Part shown: positions 14,104 through 22,524 of the stretch, piece by piece
Layout of the letters: each line of letters opens with the position of its first letter
Position numbering within the stretch: position 1 is the stretch's first letter
IMG/VR virus record: IMGVR_UViG_3300048851_000057
Location: 1-26,055 of that record
Source of the DNA: a virus
Taxonomy: Duplodnaviria > Caudoviricetes
Reading direction: 5' to 3' (one strand)
DNA length: 26,055 nt
Made by a program: the position numbers and the translations under genes
The notes under the pieces: generated by a model
The model's database searches: none
Seen by the model: the letters and a program-made list of their open reading frames with translations, nothing else
What the model was told of the DNA's origin: nothing

Positions 14104-15458
14104 ACCAGCTCGTCACACAGCGCACCGTCATGGACCTCGTCGAAGAGTATGACGAGAAGAATGCCGCGATCGACGAGGCGATCGCCGAGTTTGAGGCGTC
14201 ATTCACCAAGCTGGAGATGTCGGCCAGCATCCAGGGCAAGTTCGTCGGCTCGGTAACCCGCCACCGGCCGCACGTCCATGCTTCGGAGCTTCGTAAGAAC
14301 CTGTTGAAGTCAGGCTGGAAAGCTATTTACGACCGGTTGCAAATCGATCTGATAGCGAGCGCGAAGGACAAGAAGCTCTTTGAGCGCACGCTTGAAGACC
14401 CGCCAGAACTGACTTTCGACAATGCGAAAGCGACATTCGGCGACTATCTGATGCGGCCCCGATACCACATCCTACGCGGATTGGCCGAGGTGTTCGCGGA
14501 TCTCGACCCCGCTTACAAATCTCATTCGAAGGTGAAGATCGGAGTGAAGGGGCTGCCGAAGCGCGTCATCCTGAACTCATGGGGTACATATTCCGGTACC
14601 TACGGCAAAAACAAGTTCAACGACATCGTCAACGCTCTAGGAGCCTACCAAGGCAAGCCGCTTATGGCCTGGGATGAGTTCCAAGCCATTGATGCAGCCC
14701 ATACGGCAGGTGAGGACGCTGTTCTCGACGGCCGCACGATCGCATGGAAGAAACGTTACCGCGAAGGCGAATATCAGACGCTTGATCGAGGTCTGACAGT
14801 CCGCAAATTCTCTAATGGCAACGCTCATGTGTTCTTTAGCCCCGAAGCTCTACTCGACATCAACAGAGCCTTGGCGGAGTTCTATGGCGAGGTTCTTCCC
14901 GATGCTGAAGAAGAGGACGCCAAGAAGCGGCCAGGCACTGAAATCTCAAAGGACCTGCAGTTCTATTGGTCGCCAGCGGCGGTAATTGAAAAGGCGCTGG
15001 ACGAAGCCGGAATCTACCGGCGTGCTGCCTACTCTCGTTCGGATCCGCCGGTCTATCGCGTCCTAGAGCCTTCGTGCGGAGATGGCCGGATCATGGACGA
15101 GCTTCGCGCCCGAGGCTGCCGGCCGTTTGGCATTGAATACCATCCCGGCCGCGCAGCAGAAAGCCGCGCCAAAGGCCACCATGTCCTGACCGGAAATTTC
15201 CTTGAGCAGCCGCCGCGTGAAGACTTCGACTTTGTGGTGATGAACCCGCCGTTTTACGGCCGGCACTACGTCAAGCACGTTCGGCACGCGCTGAAATTCC
15301 TCAAGCCGGGCGGCACGCTCGTTTCGATCCTGCCCGCCACCGCTCATTACGATCATCAGGAGCTTGAGGGGCAATGGACCGACCTTCCCGTCGGGAGCTT
15401 CTCCGAGGCAGGCACCAACGTGCCAACGGGCATCCTGAAGATCCGGAGGGCAGCATGA
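14100..15458 (+). CDS. DUF4942-like domain fused to an N6-adenine DNA methyltransferase
   Basis: VLEPSCGDG (motif I) and VVMNPPF (motif IV); N-terminal domain with RKFSNGNAHVFF. Confidence 0.85.
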   Translation: MNQLVTQRTVMDLVEEYDEKNAAIDEAIAEFEASFTKLEMSASIQGKFVGSVTRHRPHVHASELRKNLLKSGWKAIYDRLQIDLIASAKDKKLFERTLEDPPELTFDNAKATFGDYLMRPRYHILRGLAEVFADLDPAYKSHSKVKIGVKGLPKRVILNSWGTYSGTYGKNKFNDIVNALGAYQGKPLMAWDEFQAIDAAHTAGEDAVLDGRTIAWKKRYREGEYQTLDRGLTVRKFSNGNAHVFFSPEALLDINRALAEFYGEVLPDAEEEDAKKRPGTEISKDLQFYWSPAAVIEKALDEAGIYRRAAYSRSDPPVYRVLEPSCGDGRIMDELRARGCRPFGIEYHPGRAAESRAKGHHVLTGNFLEQPPREDFDFVVMNPPFYGRHYVKHVRHALKFLKPGGTLVSILPATAHYDHQELEGQWTDLPVGSFSEAGTNVPTGILKIRRAA

Positions 15459-16033
15459 GGCTCTTCCAAGATCTGTGGCCCTTCGGCGATCTCCAGCCGC
15501 ACAGCTTCGATTTCATCATGGCCGATCCGGCGTGGACCTATCGCATGTACTCGGAAGCGGGCGAGGGGAAGTCACCGCAGGCTCAATACCGGACAATGAC
15601 GATTGACGAGATCAAGCGGCTGCCGGTCCTCGACCTTGCTGCGGCCGACACGCTCCTTTGGCTGTGGGCAGTCAACCCGATGTTGCCGCAGGCGCTCGAG
15701 GTGATGCGGGCATGGGGATTCGAGTTCAAGACGGCGGGCACCTGGTTGAAGACAACCAAGCACGGCAAGATCAATTTCGGGACCGGCTACATCCTGCGAG
15801 GCTCCAACGAGCCCTTCCTGATCGGCACCCGCGGTAGCCCTCGCACTGCGAAGAATGTCCGGTCTGGGTTCACCGGGCTCATCCGCGATCACTCTCGCAA
15901 GCCAGAAGAGGCCTATGCGGCGGCCGAGCGTCTTATGCCGCGCGCAAACCGTCTCGACCTCTTCAGCCGGACTGACCGCAAGGGCTGGACCGCGTGGGGC
16001 GATGAGGCAGGAAAATTCGGGGAGGCACCATGA
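15455..16033 (+). CDS. MT-A70 family adenine methyltransferase
   Basis: IMADPAW, LWLWA, WGFEFKT, HSRKP, LDLFSR..RKGW.AWGDE; start at ATGA 15455. Confidence 0.9.
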   Translation: MRLFQDLWPFGDLQPHSFDFIMADPAWTYRMYSEAGEGKSPQAQYRTMTIDEIKRLPVLDLAAADTLLWLWAVNPMLPQALEVMRAWGFEFKTAGTWLKTTKHGKINFGTGYILRGSNEPFLIGTRGSPRTAKNVRSGFTGLIRDHSRKPEEAYAAAERLMPRANRLDLFSRTDRKGWTAWGDEAGKFGEAP

Positions 16034-16833
16034 AGGGGATTTGTCGCAACGAAGTGAGGGCAGTTTCACCCATCACGCCACGATGGATCGGAGGAACCGG
16101 GGTGAAACTACGTCCAAAGAGGTTGGGTATCGGCCTCCAGGAGCATTACCTTGTGGGAGTCAGCCAGCAACTGGATAGTCGCGCTAATCTTGTGGATCTC
16201 ACGCCAGTCCTGCTGGAACTTGAGATGCTTCCCGTCTGCCTTAAAGGCGACAAGCCGGATCTCGGCGGCCTGAGGTGGCTCACTGCGGTTTTCCCAACCT
16301 CTTACTACAAACGGTCTCACGCCGAGGTCAATCAGATCCGTGGGTCGGACGACGTCACCTACCACGAGCCTATTCGGCATGATGATAACGTCGACGTTTT
16401 TGACATCCAGAGACCTAACGACGATCGACCGCCTATTCCAGTTGACGATCCTCACCACAAGTTCAGAACTGTCGGCAAGATGCTCGATAGCGTCCATGGT
16501 GGGCATGGCATCGCCAACGGTGAATGCCGTCTGGAGTTGTTGAGCTCGAAGTTGAAGTATGAGCGGGACTGCTGCGATAGCCGCGATCACAGCCCCAAAC
16601 CATCCGCTAGTCGCCTCCAGCCAATCGCGAAGATTGCACTCGCTCCCACACCAATCCCATCCCTGCCATTCAATGAAGTCAGGGAGGAAGCGCATGATAA
16701 AAACGAAAGCACCCAGTGCGAGCACAGTCATTATCACAGTACAATAGCTTCGGTCGCTCAGCACACATTGCCTCCTTGGGTTGCGCCAGAGGTAGCATTT
16801 GGAGCTGGTGCGAAATTGGCGGGTGCACAATGA
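16030..16833 (+). CDS. Antisense 'bridging' ORF (267 aa) over the membrane-protein moron; protein function doubtful
   Basis: Starts in the MT-A70 stop (ATGA 16030-16033) and ends in the dnaB start (ATGA 16830-16833). Confidence 0.4.
   Translation: MKGICRNEVRAVSPITPRWIGGTGVKLRPKRLGIGLQEHYLVGVSQQLDSRANLVDLTPVLLELEMLPVCLKGDKPDLGGLRWLTAVFPTSYYKRSHAEVNQIRGSDDVTYHEPIRHDDNVDVFDIQRPNDDRPPIPVDDPHHKFRTVGKMLDSVHGGHGIANGECRLELLSSKLKYERDCCDSRDHSPKPSASRLQPIAKIALAPTPIPSLPFNEVREEAHDKNESTQCEHSHYHSTIASVAQHTLPPWVAPEVAFGAGAKLAGAQ
16108..16764 (-). CDS. Membrane-anchored hypothetical protein (moron)
   Basis: GTG at 16764 with AAGGAGG RBS; two hydrophobic helices followed by a soluble domain. Confidence 0.7.
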   Translation of the reverse strand: MLSDRSYCTVIMTVLALGAFVFIMRFLPDFIEWQGWDWCGSECNLRDWLEATSGWFGAVIAAIAAVPLILQLRAQQLQTAFTVGDAMPTMDAIEHLADSSELVVRIVNWNRRSIVVRSLDVKNVDVIIMPNRLVVGDVVRPTDLIDLGVRPFVVRGWENRSEPPQAAEIRLVAFKADGKHLKFQQDWREIHKISATIQLLADSHKVMLLEADTQPLWT

Positions 16834-18284
16834 GCATCAACCCGTACCGCGAGAATTTCGACCGGATCACAGAAGACGATGCTTTCCAGGCTACAGAGTT
16901 GCTGCTCGCCTGCATCTTCAACGACAACTCGCTGCTGATCGAATGCGGACTTGAGCCGGATGACTTCGGCGAGGGCGTCCACCAGATCGCGTTCCGCGAG
17001 GCGCTGGCACTTCATGAGGGCGGGCAGCACGTCAACGCTGTATCGCTCAAGCCATTCATGCCCAAGCTGGTGAGCTCCAACCGGTTCGGCGACGTGACCC
17101 CGGCAAAATACCTCTCTAACCTCATGATGCTGGGCGCCGACCCTATGGTCCGCCGGAACATCGCCGGCGCCATTGAGGTGATCAAGAGCGTGTCACTCGG
17201 TCGACAGCTTGCCCGGGAAGCCCAAATCGCGGGAGAGATTGCGGCCGAGGGCCACACCTTGCTGACGCTTGCGGATGAGATCGAGCACATGGAGCAGCGC
17301 CTCAAGGACCTCAAGGCCCGCTTCCGCGAGACAACCTCGATCGCATCGCCGGGCGCCTCCTACCTCACCATGTTCGAGGCATCTGCAAAACGCGACGGCG
17401 TCCTCGGCGTGCCGATCGGCCTGCCGGAGATTGCCAAGGTGCTTTCGGAGCCCGTGTTCGAGGCCGGCAACCTTTACGGCCTGCTGTCGTCGTCAGGCGA
17501 AGGAAAGTCTAGCCTCACGATGCAGCTCATCTATCACGCGGTGAGCCACGGGCACCCGACGCTGTTCCTCTCCTATGACCAGTCCGCCGCCCAATGCGTG
17601 CGCCAGATGATCGCCCAGGTTCACGAGATCAGCGTGCGGCAGCAGCGGGAGCCATCCCGCCTCATGACCGACTACGAGCGCGACAAGTGCGTTCTGTTCG
17701 CCACCGAGATCAACAGCAAGCCATTCGACATCATCCGCTGCCAGCGGGAAGGGGTGGACAAGCTCGTCGCCTATGCCCGCCGCTTCATCAAGAAGCGCGC
17801 CAACGGCAAGACGCCGTTCATCGTCATCGATCACATCGGGAAGGTGAAGCCGAAGAACGACAAGCTCTCGGCTGACAGGATTTCGGGCGAAGTGACGGTC
17901 GAGCTCAAGGCGCTGGCCGACGAGATCGGTGCCTCGGTGCTCATCCTCAACCAACGAAACGGCGAGAGCGGCCGCCGGCAGAACCCGCGGCCGATCGCCA
18001 AGGACCTTTACGGAGGCGAGGGGGCCAAGGCCGATTACGACGCCATCATGACCCTCTACCGGCCTGAGAAATACAAGAAGGAGATGGAGAAGGTCGCCGC
18101 CACCGCCCAGGACTGGAAGGTGATCAACACCGTGTTCGGATCCGAAATCGAGGGTATCGCCGAGATCGCGTCGATCAAGGTCCGCTTCGGCGACCCTTCG
18201 ATCGTCGAGACTGTGAAATTCGAGGCTGAATACACGCGGTATGTCTCGCAGAAGCCAAAGCGCCAGCAGGAGGAGATGTTTTGA
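16830..18284 (+). CDS. dnaB: DnaB-like replicative helicase
   Basis: Walker A SSSGEGKSS, LFLSYDQ, IVIDHIG, LILNQRN, DYDAIMTLYR; start MSINPY at 16830. Confidence 0.9.
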   Translation: MSINPYRENFDRITEDDAFQATELLLACIFNDNSLLIECGLEPDDFGEGVHQIAFREALALHEGGQHVNAVSLKPFMPKLVSSNRFGDVTPAKYLSNLMMLGADPMVRRNIAGAIEVIKSVSLGRQLAREAQIAGEIAAEGHTLLTLADEIEHMEQRLKDLKARFRETTSIASPGASYLTMFEASAKRDGVLGVPIGLPEIAKVLSEPVFEAGNLYGLLSSSGEGKSSLTMQLIYHAVSHGHPTLFLSYDQSAAQCVRQMIAQVHEISVRQQREPSRLMTDYERDKCVLFATEINSKPFDIIRCQREGVDKLVAYARRFIKKRANGKTPFIVIDHIGKVKPKNDKLSADRISGEVTVELKALADEIGASVLILNQRNGESGRRQNPRPIAKDLYGGEGAKADYDAIMTLYRPEKYKKEMEKVAATAQDWKVINTVFGSEIEGIAEIASIKVRFGDPSIVETVKFEAEYTRYVSQKPKRQQEEMF

Positions 18285-19300
18285 ATGTGGCTCTACGTCC
18301 CGAACACCTCAACATCCTCTCCATCTGCACCGGCGGCGGAGGCCTCGATCTCGGCGTCGAGCTGGCAGTTCGAAGCGCTCGAACAGTCTGCATGGTCGAG
18401 AGGGAAGCCTTCGCGGTCGCGCAACTGGTATCAGCTATGGAAGCGGGCCTCTTGGCTCCAGCGCCTATATGGAGCGATGCCCGAACCTTCAACGGCAGAG
18501 CGTGGCGTGGCGCAGTGGACGGGCTCATTGGTGGCATCCCGTGCCAGCCTCACAGTCTTGCCGGCCGAAAGCAAGGAAGCCACGACGCCCGCGACCTCTG
18601 GTCCACGACCCGCCGCATCATCGTCCAGTCCAGAGCGTGGTTCGTCGTCATCGAGAACGTCGGCGGCATGCTCGCGGCGGGGGCTGACGAAATCGCTGGC
18701 GCGCAGCGCGTATTCCGAGACCTTCACAAGCTTGGTTTCGAGGTTGAGGGAGGATTGTTCACTGCGACGGAAGTCGGGGACACTCAAGGACGCCAGAGGA
18801 TCTTCATCCTCGCAGTGGCCAGCACCTGCGGCGCGGGATTGGAAGGGCTCGAACTCAGCCGAGCATTTGCAGAAGGGCGTCGGGCGACTTCATTTGGATC
18901 AGCTGCCGAACTTCGTCCAGTTCCTATGGCGCGCGCCCCAAGCGATGGATGCCGAGAGGGGATCAAATGGAACATGGCAGCCGAAGCCAAAGGCAGGACA
19001 GCACTCGCTGAGGCATCAGGTGGAGACCTACCCATTTTCCCGCCAGGACCTGGAAGTAGTGACGAATGGTGGGCCGTTATTGGACGAGCGCCGGAGCTTG
19101 AACCCTCTTTTCGTCGAATGGCTGATGGGATGGCCTCCCGGCTGGACATTGCTCGCGTGGACCGACTTCGCATGCTCGGAAACGGAGTTGTCCCGCTTCA
19201 AGCAGCGTATGCGCTCCGCACTCTTGTCACTCGGCTTGCCGCGCGAGGCTCCGCCGGCGCAGCTCGCCTTGTTCGGTTGATGGAAGGAATTGAAGCATGA
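18281..19300 (+). CDS. C5 cytosine DNA methyltransferase, alpha-like chain
   Basis: SICTGGGG (I), GGIPCQPHS (IV), IENV (VI), QGRQRIFI (VIII), RLRMLGNGVVP (X). Confidence 0.9.
   Translation: MNVALRPEHLNILSICTGGGGLDLGVELAVRSARTVCMVEREAFAVAQLVSAMEAGLLAPAPIWSDARTFNGRAWRGAVDGLIGGIPCQPHSLAGRKQGSHDARDLWSTTRRIIVQSRAWFVVIENVGGMLAAGADEIAGAQRVFRDLHKLGFEVEGGLFTATEVGDTQGRQRIFILAVASTCGAGLEGLELSRAFAEGRRATSFGSAAELRPVPMARAPSDGCREGIKWNMAAEAKGRTALAEASGGDLPIFPPGPGSSDEWWAVIGRAPELEPSFRRMADGMASRLDIARVDRLRMLGNGVVPLQAAYALRTLVTRLAARGSAGAARLVRLMEGIEA
18285..19280 (+). CDS. Overlapping +1-frame polypeptide of the C5 MTase (beta-like chain: TRD-type repeats and motif IX)
   Basis: 331 codons nested in the MTase gene; WPAPAARDWKGSN, WRAPQAMD and LNPLFVEWLMGWPPGWT. 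Confidence 0.7.
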   Translation: MWLYVPNTSTSSPSAPAAEASISASSWQFEALEQSAWSRGKPSRSRNWYQLWKRASWLQRLYGAMPEPSTAERGVAQWTGSLVASRASLTVLPAESKEATTPATSGPRPAASSSSPERGSSSSRTSAACSRRGLTKSLARSAYSETFTSLVSRLREDCSLRRKSGTLKDARGSSSSQWPAPAARDWKGSNSAEHLQKGVGRLHLDQLPNFVQFLWRAPQAMDAERGSNGTWQPKPKAGQHSLRHQVETYPFSRQDLEVVTNGGPLLDERRSLNPLFVEWLMGWPPGWTLLAWTDFACSETELSRFKQRMRSALLSLGLPREAPPAQLALFG

Positions 19301-19581
19301 ACGAGTTTGCCGGATTCGCCACACCGAGAGGCGGCGGCTGGTGGGCCATGACCCGCTTTGCCCGCGATGCCAAGCCTAAGCCTCTTATGGGTGAGGGCGG
19401 CGCGCCGATCATCTTCGAGGACGAGCTCGGAGCCACCAAGGCTGCCCTGCAGCATGTTCTCGCCTATTTCAACGGCCATCTCGTCTGCTCTGGCGAGATA
19501 GCCGGCGGCACCACCATCAAGCAGGCGAAGTTCGCGACCGCCGAACGGAAGCTGTTCAAGCAGGAAGGCCGCGCAGCATGA
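19297..19581 (+). CDS. Hypothetical phage protein
   Basis: ATGA-coupled at both ends. Confidence 0.75.
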   Translation: MNEFAGFATPRGGGWWAMTRFARDAKPKPLMGEGGAPIIFEDELGATKAALQHVLAYFNGHLVCSGEIAGGTTIKQAKFATAERKLFKQEGRAA

Positions 19582-20120
19582 CAGCCCACGTCCAGCAATC
19601 CACATACGAAGACCGCGTCATCTCTCGCGCCAAGGCCGCGAGAGCCGCATGCTACGGCAAGGCGAAGGTGGTGAACATCGCCCCGACTCTGCGCCTGCCT
19701 GCGGACGAACCACACGAGCTCGACGAGGGGAGAACCTTCCTCACGCCGGTTGACTTCATCCGCTCCCGCTGCGCCTTGCGCTCTATCACCTTCGAGCAGA
19801 TCACAGTGCACGACCGGGCGGCCGCGATCGTGTCGGTCCGGAACCTGATCATCCGCGAGACCAACCGCCGCTATCCCGACATGTCGATCGCGCAGCTGGC
19901 GAAATACTTCCGGCGCAATCACGCCACGATCCTGCACGCGCTCGGCCGCATCCCTGAAAAGGCGAAGCGCGTGCTGCATTCTGCCGACCGGGACCGCATC
20001 GCGCGGGATCTTTATGACCAGGGCTTATCGATCGCTGAAATCGCCCGGCAATTGGGCGTGGTCGAAAGCACCGTGAGGGGCATCAGGAAGAGGCATGGGT
20101 GGGAGGCGAGGGGCGAATGA
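19578..20120 (+). CDS. DnaA C-terminal-type HTH plus a second HTH protein
   Basis: MSIAQLAKYFRRNHATILHA (DnaA domain IV-like) and GLSIAEIARQLGVVESTV; no AAA+ domain. Confidence 0.75.
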   Translation: MTAHVQQSTYEDRVISRAKAARAACYGKAKVVNIAPTLRLPADEPHELDEGRTFLTPVDFIRSRCALRSITFEQITVHDRAAAIVSVRNLIIRETNRRYPDMSIAQLAKYFRRNHATILHALGRIPEKAKRVLHSADRDRIARDLYDQGLSIAEIARQLGVVESTVRGIRKRHGWEARGE

Positions 20121-20392
20121 ATGCATGGAACCCAACCAGCACCTCGTCAGTATGGAATCATATCTCAACGTTAGATGAGGTTCCTTCCATGACCACCTGC
20201 CCACTCACCCCCAGACAACTCGAATGCGTCAAGCTGTCCGCTGACGGCTACACGATGAAGAACATCGCTTATGCGCTCGGGCTGTCGTTCCATACCGTCA
20301 ACGCCTACCTCCGGCGCGCCAAGGACCTGGTTGGTGTCGGCACTGAAACGGCGCTTGTGGCGGCTGCGCTGCGGAGAGGATGGATAACGTGA
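20117..20392 (+). CDS. LuxR-type HTH regulator
   Basis: PLTPRQLECVKLSADGYTMKNIAYALGLSFHTVNAYL...ALRRGWI. Confidence 0.85.
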   Translation: MNAWNPTSTSSVWNHISTLDEVPSMTTCPLTPRQLECVKLSADGYTMKNIAYALGLSFHTVNAYLRRAKDLVGVGTETALVAAALRRGWIT

Positions 20393-20808
20393 GCAAAGGG
20401 AAGCTCGACGCATTGCTCGACGGTCTCGGCATCAAGTTGGTGCCGGTCTACCGCCGGCGTGCGGCCGCGCAGAGCCATGCTCGAGGAACGATGCACGAGA
20501 TCCGCAACCAGTACGGCGACGGTCACCTCGTGATGACGCTGCGCTGCATCCGCCAGACAAAGAACAATCGCGACGAGCTGTGGAGCGAGACGATCGGGGC
20601 GATATCCGATATCCTCATCCAGCGCCCGGATTGGGCCATAGATCGCGCTGGAGAGGTTCTGGACGCATTCGACACCATTCCCCTCGGCGTTCTTCGAGGC
20701 AAAGCAGTGGCCCGCCGTCCTTGGCCTGTGCGGGCCACACTCCGAACCCTGATCTACCAATGCCTGGAGGCTACCCTTGATGAACCAGAACATCGCCTTG
20801 CGGTTTGA
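20380..20808 (+). CDS. Hypothetical phage protein
   Basis: 142-aa ORF in the operon; alternative GTG start at 20389. Confidence 0.75.
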   Translation: MDNVSKGKLDALLDGLGIKLVPVYRRRAAAQSHARGTMHEIRNQYGDGHLVMTLRCIRQTKNNRDELWSETIGAISDILIQRPDWAIDRAGEVLDAFDTIPLGVLRGKAVARRPWPVRATLRTLIYQCLEATLDEPEHRLAV

Positions 20809-21448
20809 CGACCTTTCCGAAGAGGCCGCAGTTGTTGCCGACGTGTCGATGATCGTGAAGGCACGGTTTGTCGAAGCGGCGGACACGCTGCGGCATATCG
20901 ACGTCAAGGGGGTTCGTCCGGCAGCTCTCAAGGCTTTCTGGCCGGAGCATGCCCTTGAATACAATGAGATCCGTGTTCGGTACCGGCCGGACGCGGCGGC
21001 GATATCCCGAGCTGAGGAAGTTATGTACGGCTGGCTCCTGCAACACGTGCGCGACGACGAGCGCCGCATCTTGCTCGGCAAGTGGTCCATGTGCCTGGCT
21101 GCCCCTGATATCGCTGGCTCATTCCGAGAATTCTGCAAGACGACAGGGCGAATTCGTAGGACGGCAGAGCGGAAGCTAGCGGGCGAAATCCAGCACGTTT
21201 CCAGCCAATTGATTAAAAATCTTCAATCGTTACATGAGCCGGACTGGTCGAGGGTGTCGCCAATGATGCCGAATTCGACTACTGATTTGCATAAGATGAG
21301 AATTCCTCTGGCCAAGCACGATCTTTACGATCTGCCAGCCGAGAGCCGGCCGATAAACGACCCGATCCATCCCGACCGGATCGCATTGATTAAGCGGCTG
21401 GAGAAGGCCAATCGCCGTCGGCGCGGGTCAAAGTCTCAAGCTGCGTAG
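20777..21448 (+). CDS. Putative late-gene regulator (Q-position, DUF6362-like)
   Basis: ARFVEAADTL...WPE...RPDAAAISRAEEV..WL; last gene of the early operon. Confidence 0.6.
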   Translation: MMNQNIALRFDDLSEEAAVVADVSMIVKARFVEAADTLRHIDVKGVRPAALKAFWPEHALEYNEIRVRYRPDAAAISRAEEVMYGWLLQHVRDDERRILLGKWSMCLAAPDIAGSFREFCKTTGRIRRTAERKLAGEIQHVSSQLIKNLQSLHEPDWSRVSPMMPNSTTDLHKMRIPLAKHDLYDLPAESRPINDPIHPDRIALIKRLEKANRRRRGSKSQAA

Positions 21449-21840
21449 ACCATGCGCTTGTCCATTTTACCATGGCGAACCATTGCGATACTGCCCAGGA
21501 TCCGGGGTAAGGCGCCACTGTCAAAGACGATATTTTCACCGAAAAACTGCTTGGCAGTGGCCTCAATCTCGTCCCCATAAACTCGCACGGGAGGTTCATC
21601 AACAAGCATGCCGTCCTCGCCAACGTGAAACGGATGGATCCAGAAAACATTCTCCTCTGCGATGTAGCCCTCTTCAAGGAGCTTCGCGTAGGCCGCGGCC
21701 TTGACGTGAATAGGTCGAATGGCGGATGTCCCGGTTTCTAGGTCTTGGTAGGTCCGGAATGGAACCCCCATTCTCTCGGCCATAGCTGCTTGCGTGAGGC
21801 CGAGTTCCTTCCTCATGGCCAATAGTGGATTGTCGGTCAT
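21436..21840 (-). CDS. XRE-family HTH protein with C-terminal domain
   Basis: RKELGLTQAAMAERMGVPFRTYQDLETG. Confidence 0.85.
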   Translation of the reverse strand: MTDNPLLAMRKELGLTQAAMAERMGVPFRTYQDLETGTSAIRPIHVKAAAYAKLLEEGYIAEENVFWIHPFHVGEDGMLVDEPPVRVYGDEIEATAKQFFGENIVFDSGALPRILGSIAMVRHGKMDKRMVYAA

Positions 21841-21907
21841 TGAAGGTCTCCGCTAGTTTTGCTACATTCGGGAACCGGAGAGAGTTGCACCTCCCTCCGG
21901 CCCCCGG

Positions 21908-21976
21908 TTACCGGCTAATGGAGATTGTCAGTCTCCATCTTCCGATCCGGACTTGGACGGTGAGCTTGATGCTCAT
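21908..21976 (-). CDS. 22-aa peptide MSIKLTVQVRIGRWRLTISISR upstream of the HTH gene
   Basis: AGGAGG RBS; flanked by hairpins (ACCGAAGC...GCTTCGGT upstream, CCGGAGGGAG...CTCTCTCCGG downstream). Confidence 0.6.
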   Translation of the reverse strand: MSIKLTVQVRIGRWRLTISISR

Positions 21977-22021
21977 GAGGCCCTCCTAGTCCTACCGAAG
22001 CGGGATTGCTTCGGTGATTTC

Positions 22022-22073
22022 TTTATGCACGAAAACCGTGCCTTCCGCAAGCGGAAAAGCACGAAAACCGTGT
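22022..22073 (-). promoter_or_regulatory. Promoter with two palindromic operators for the peptide-HTH unit
   Basis: GCACG-AAAAC-CGTGC (22027-22041) and GCACG-AAAAC-CGTGT (22059-22073); TTGCGG-N17-CATAAA on the minus strand. Confidence 0.65.
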
Positions 22074-22084
22074 AAAAATACGAA

Positions 22085-22116
22085 AGCCGTCCGACTTATC
22101 ATCGGGCGGTTTTTTC
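22085..22116 (+). terminator. Rho-independent terminator
   Basis: GCCGTCCGA-N7-TCGGGCGGT followed by a T-run. Confidence 0.75.
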
Positions 22117-22121
22117 ATTTC

Positions 22122-22196
22122 AGCAGGCAGGGCAAACGGTAAGCCGCGCGGCTCATAACCGCGAAAGATCCGGTTCAACTCCGGAGCCTGCAACCA
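22122..22196 (+). tRNA. tRNA-Met (CAT), initiator-like, atypical
   Basis: Cloverleaf: acceptor AGCAGGC/GCCTGCA, anticodon arm CGCGG-CTCATAA-CCGCG, T arm TCCGG-TTCAACT-CCGGA, encoded CCA. Confidence 0.85.
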
Positions 22197-22524
22197 ATAC
22201 CAGCCGCGGGACCACATTGGCGCGGTCGTAGCGAGAATGCTGCCCTAATCGGGAAGGCGGACAGACGTTCGCGAAGATCGGGAATGCTCGATCGTTCCTT
22301 CCTGCTGTAGGCGACGGCCGCCGAAAATAGCCGTGGTTGGGTAACGGGTCTGGAGAAGTCCTTGTAGCCAGACGCCCGCAAGGGGCCGACTAGGGCGATA
22401 ATCGTTCGGGAGCGCGTTGCGCGTGAGGCTTCGGCCTCCCCGGCGTCCAAAAGCACCGGGAGCAATATACCCGGAGGGACGTGGAAGCCGTCTCGTCAGC
22501 CCCGTCAGCAATGGCGGTGTTTTC
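22197..22524 (+). ncRNA. Large structured RNA downstream of the tRNA (GOLLD/ROOL-like context or novel)
   Basis: Long-range stem 22242-22252/22386-22396, several short helices with GCAA and UUCG tetraloops, terminal hairpin with T-tract; no credible ORF. Confidence 0.6.

Noticed and set aside
16716-16829. Upstream extensions in the ORF track (dnaB from 16716, cI from 8800, MT-A70 from 15374, endonuclease from 1861, ORF from 6310)
   Set aside because: Internal starts with ATGA overlaps or RBSs fit better; the extensions cross operators or other genes
19578-20120. Replication initiator (DnaA-like)
   Set aside because: Only a domain-IV-like HTH is present, with no AAA+ domain or adjacent iterons; more likely a transcription regulator, though a role at the origin is not excluded
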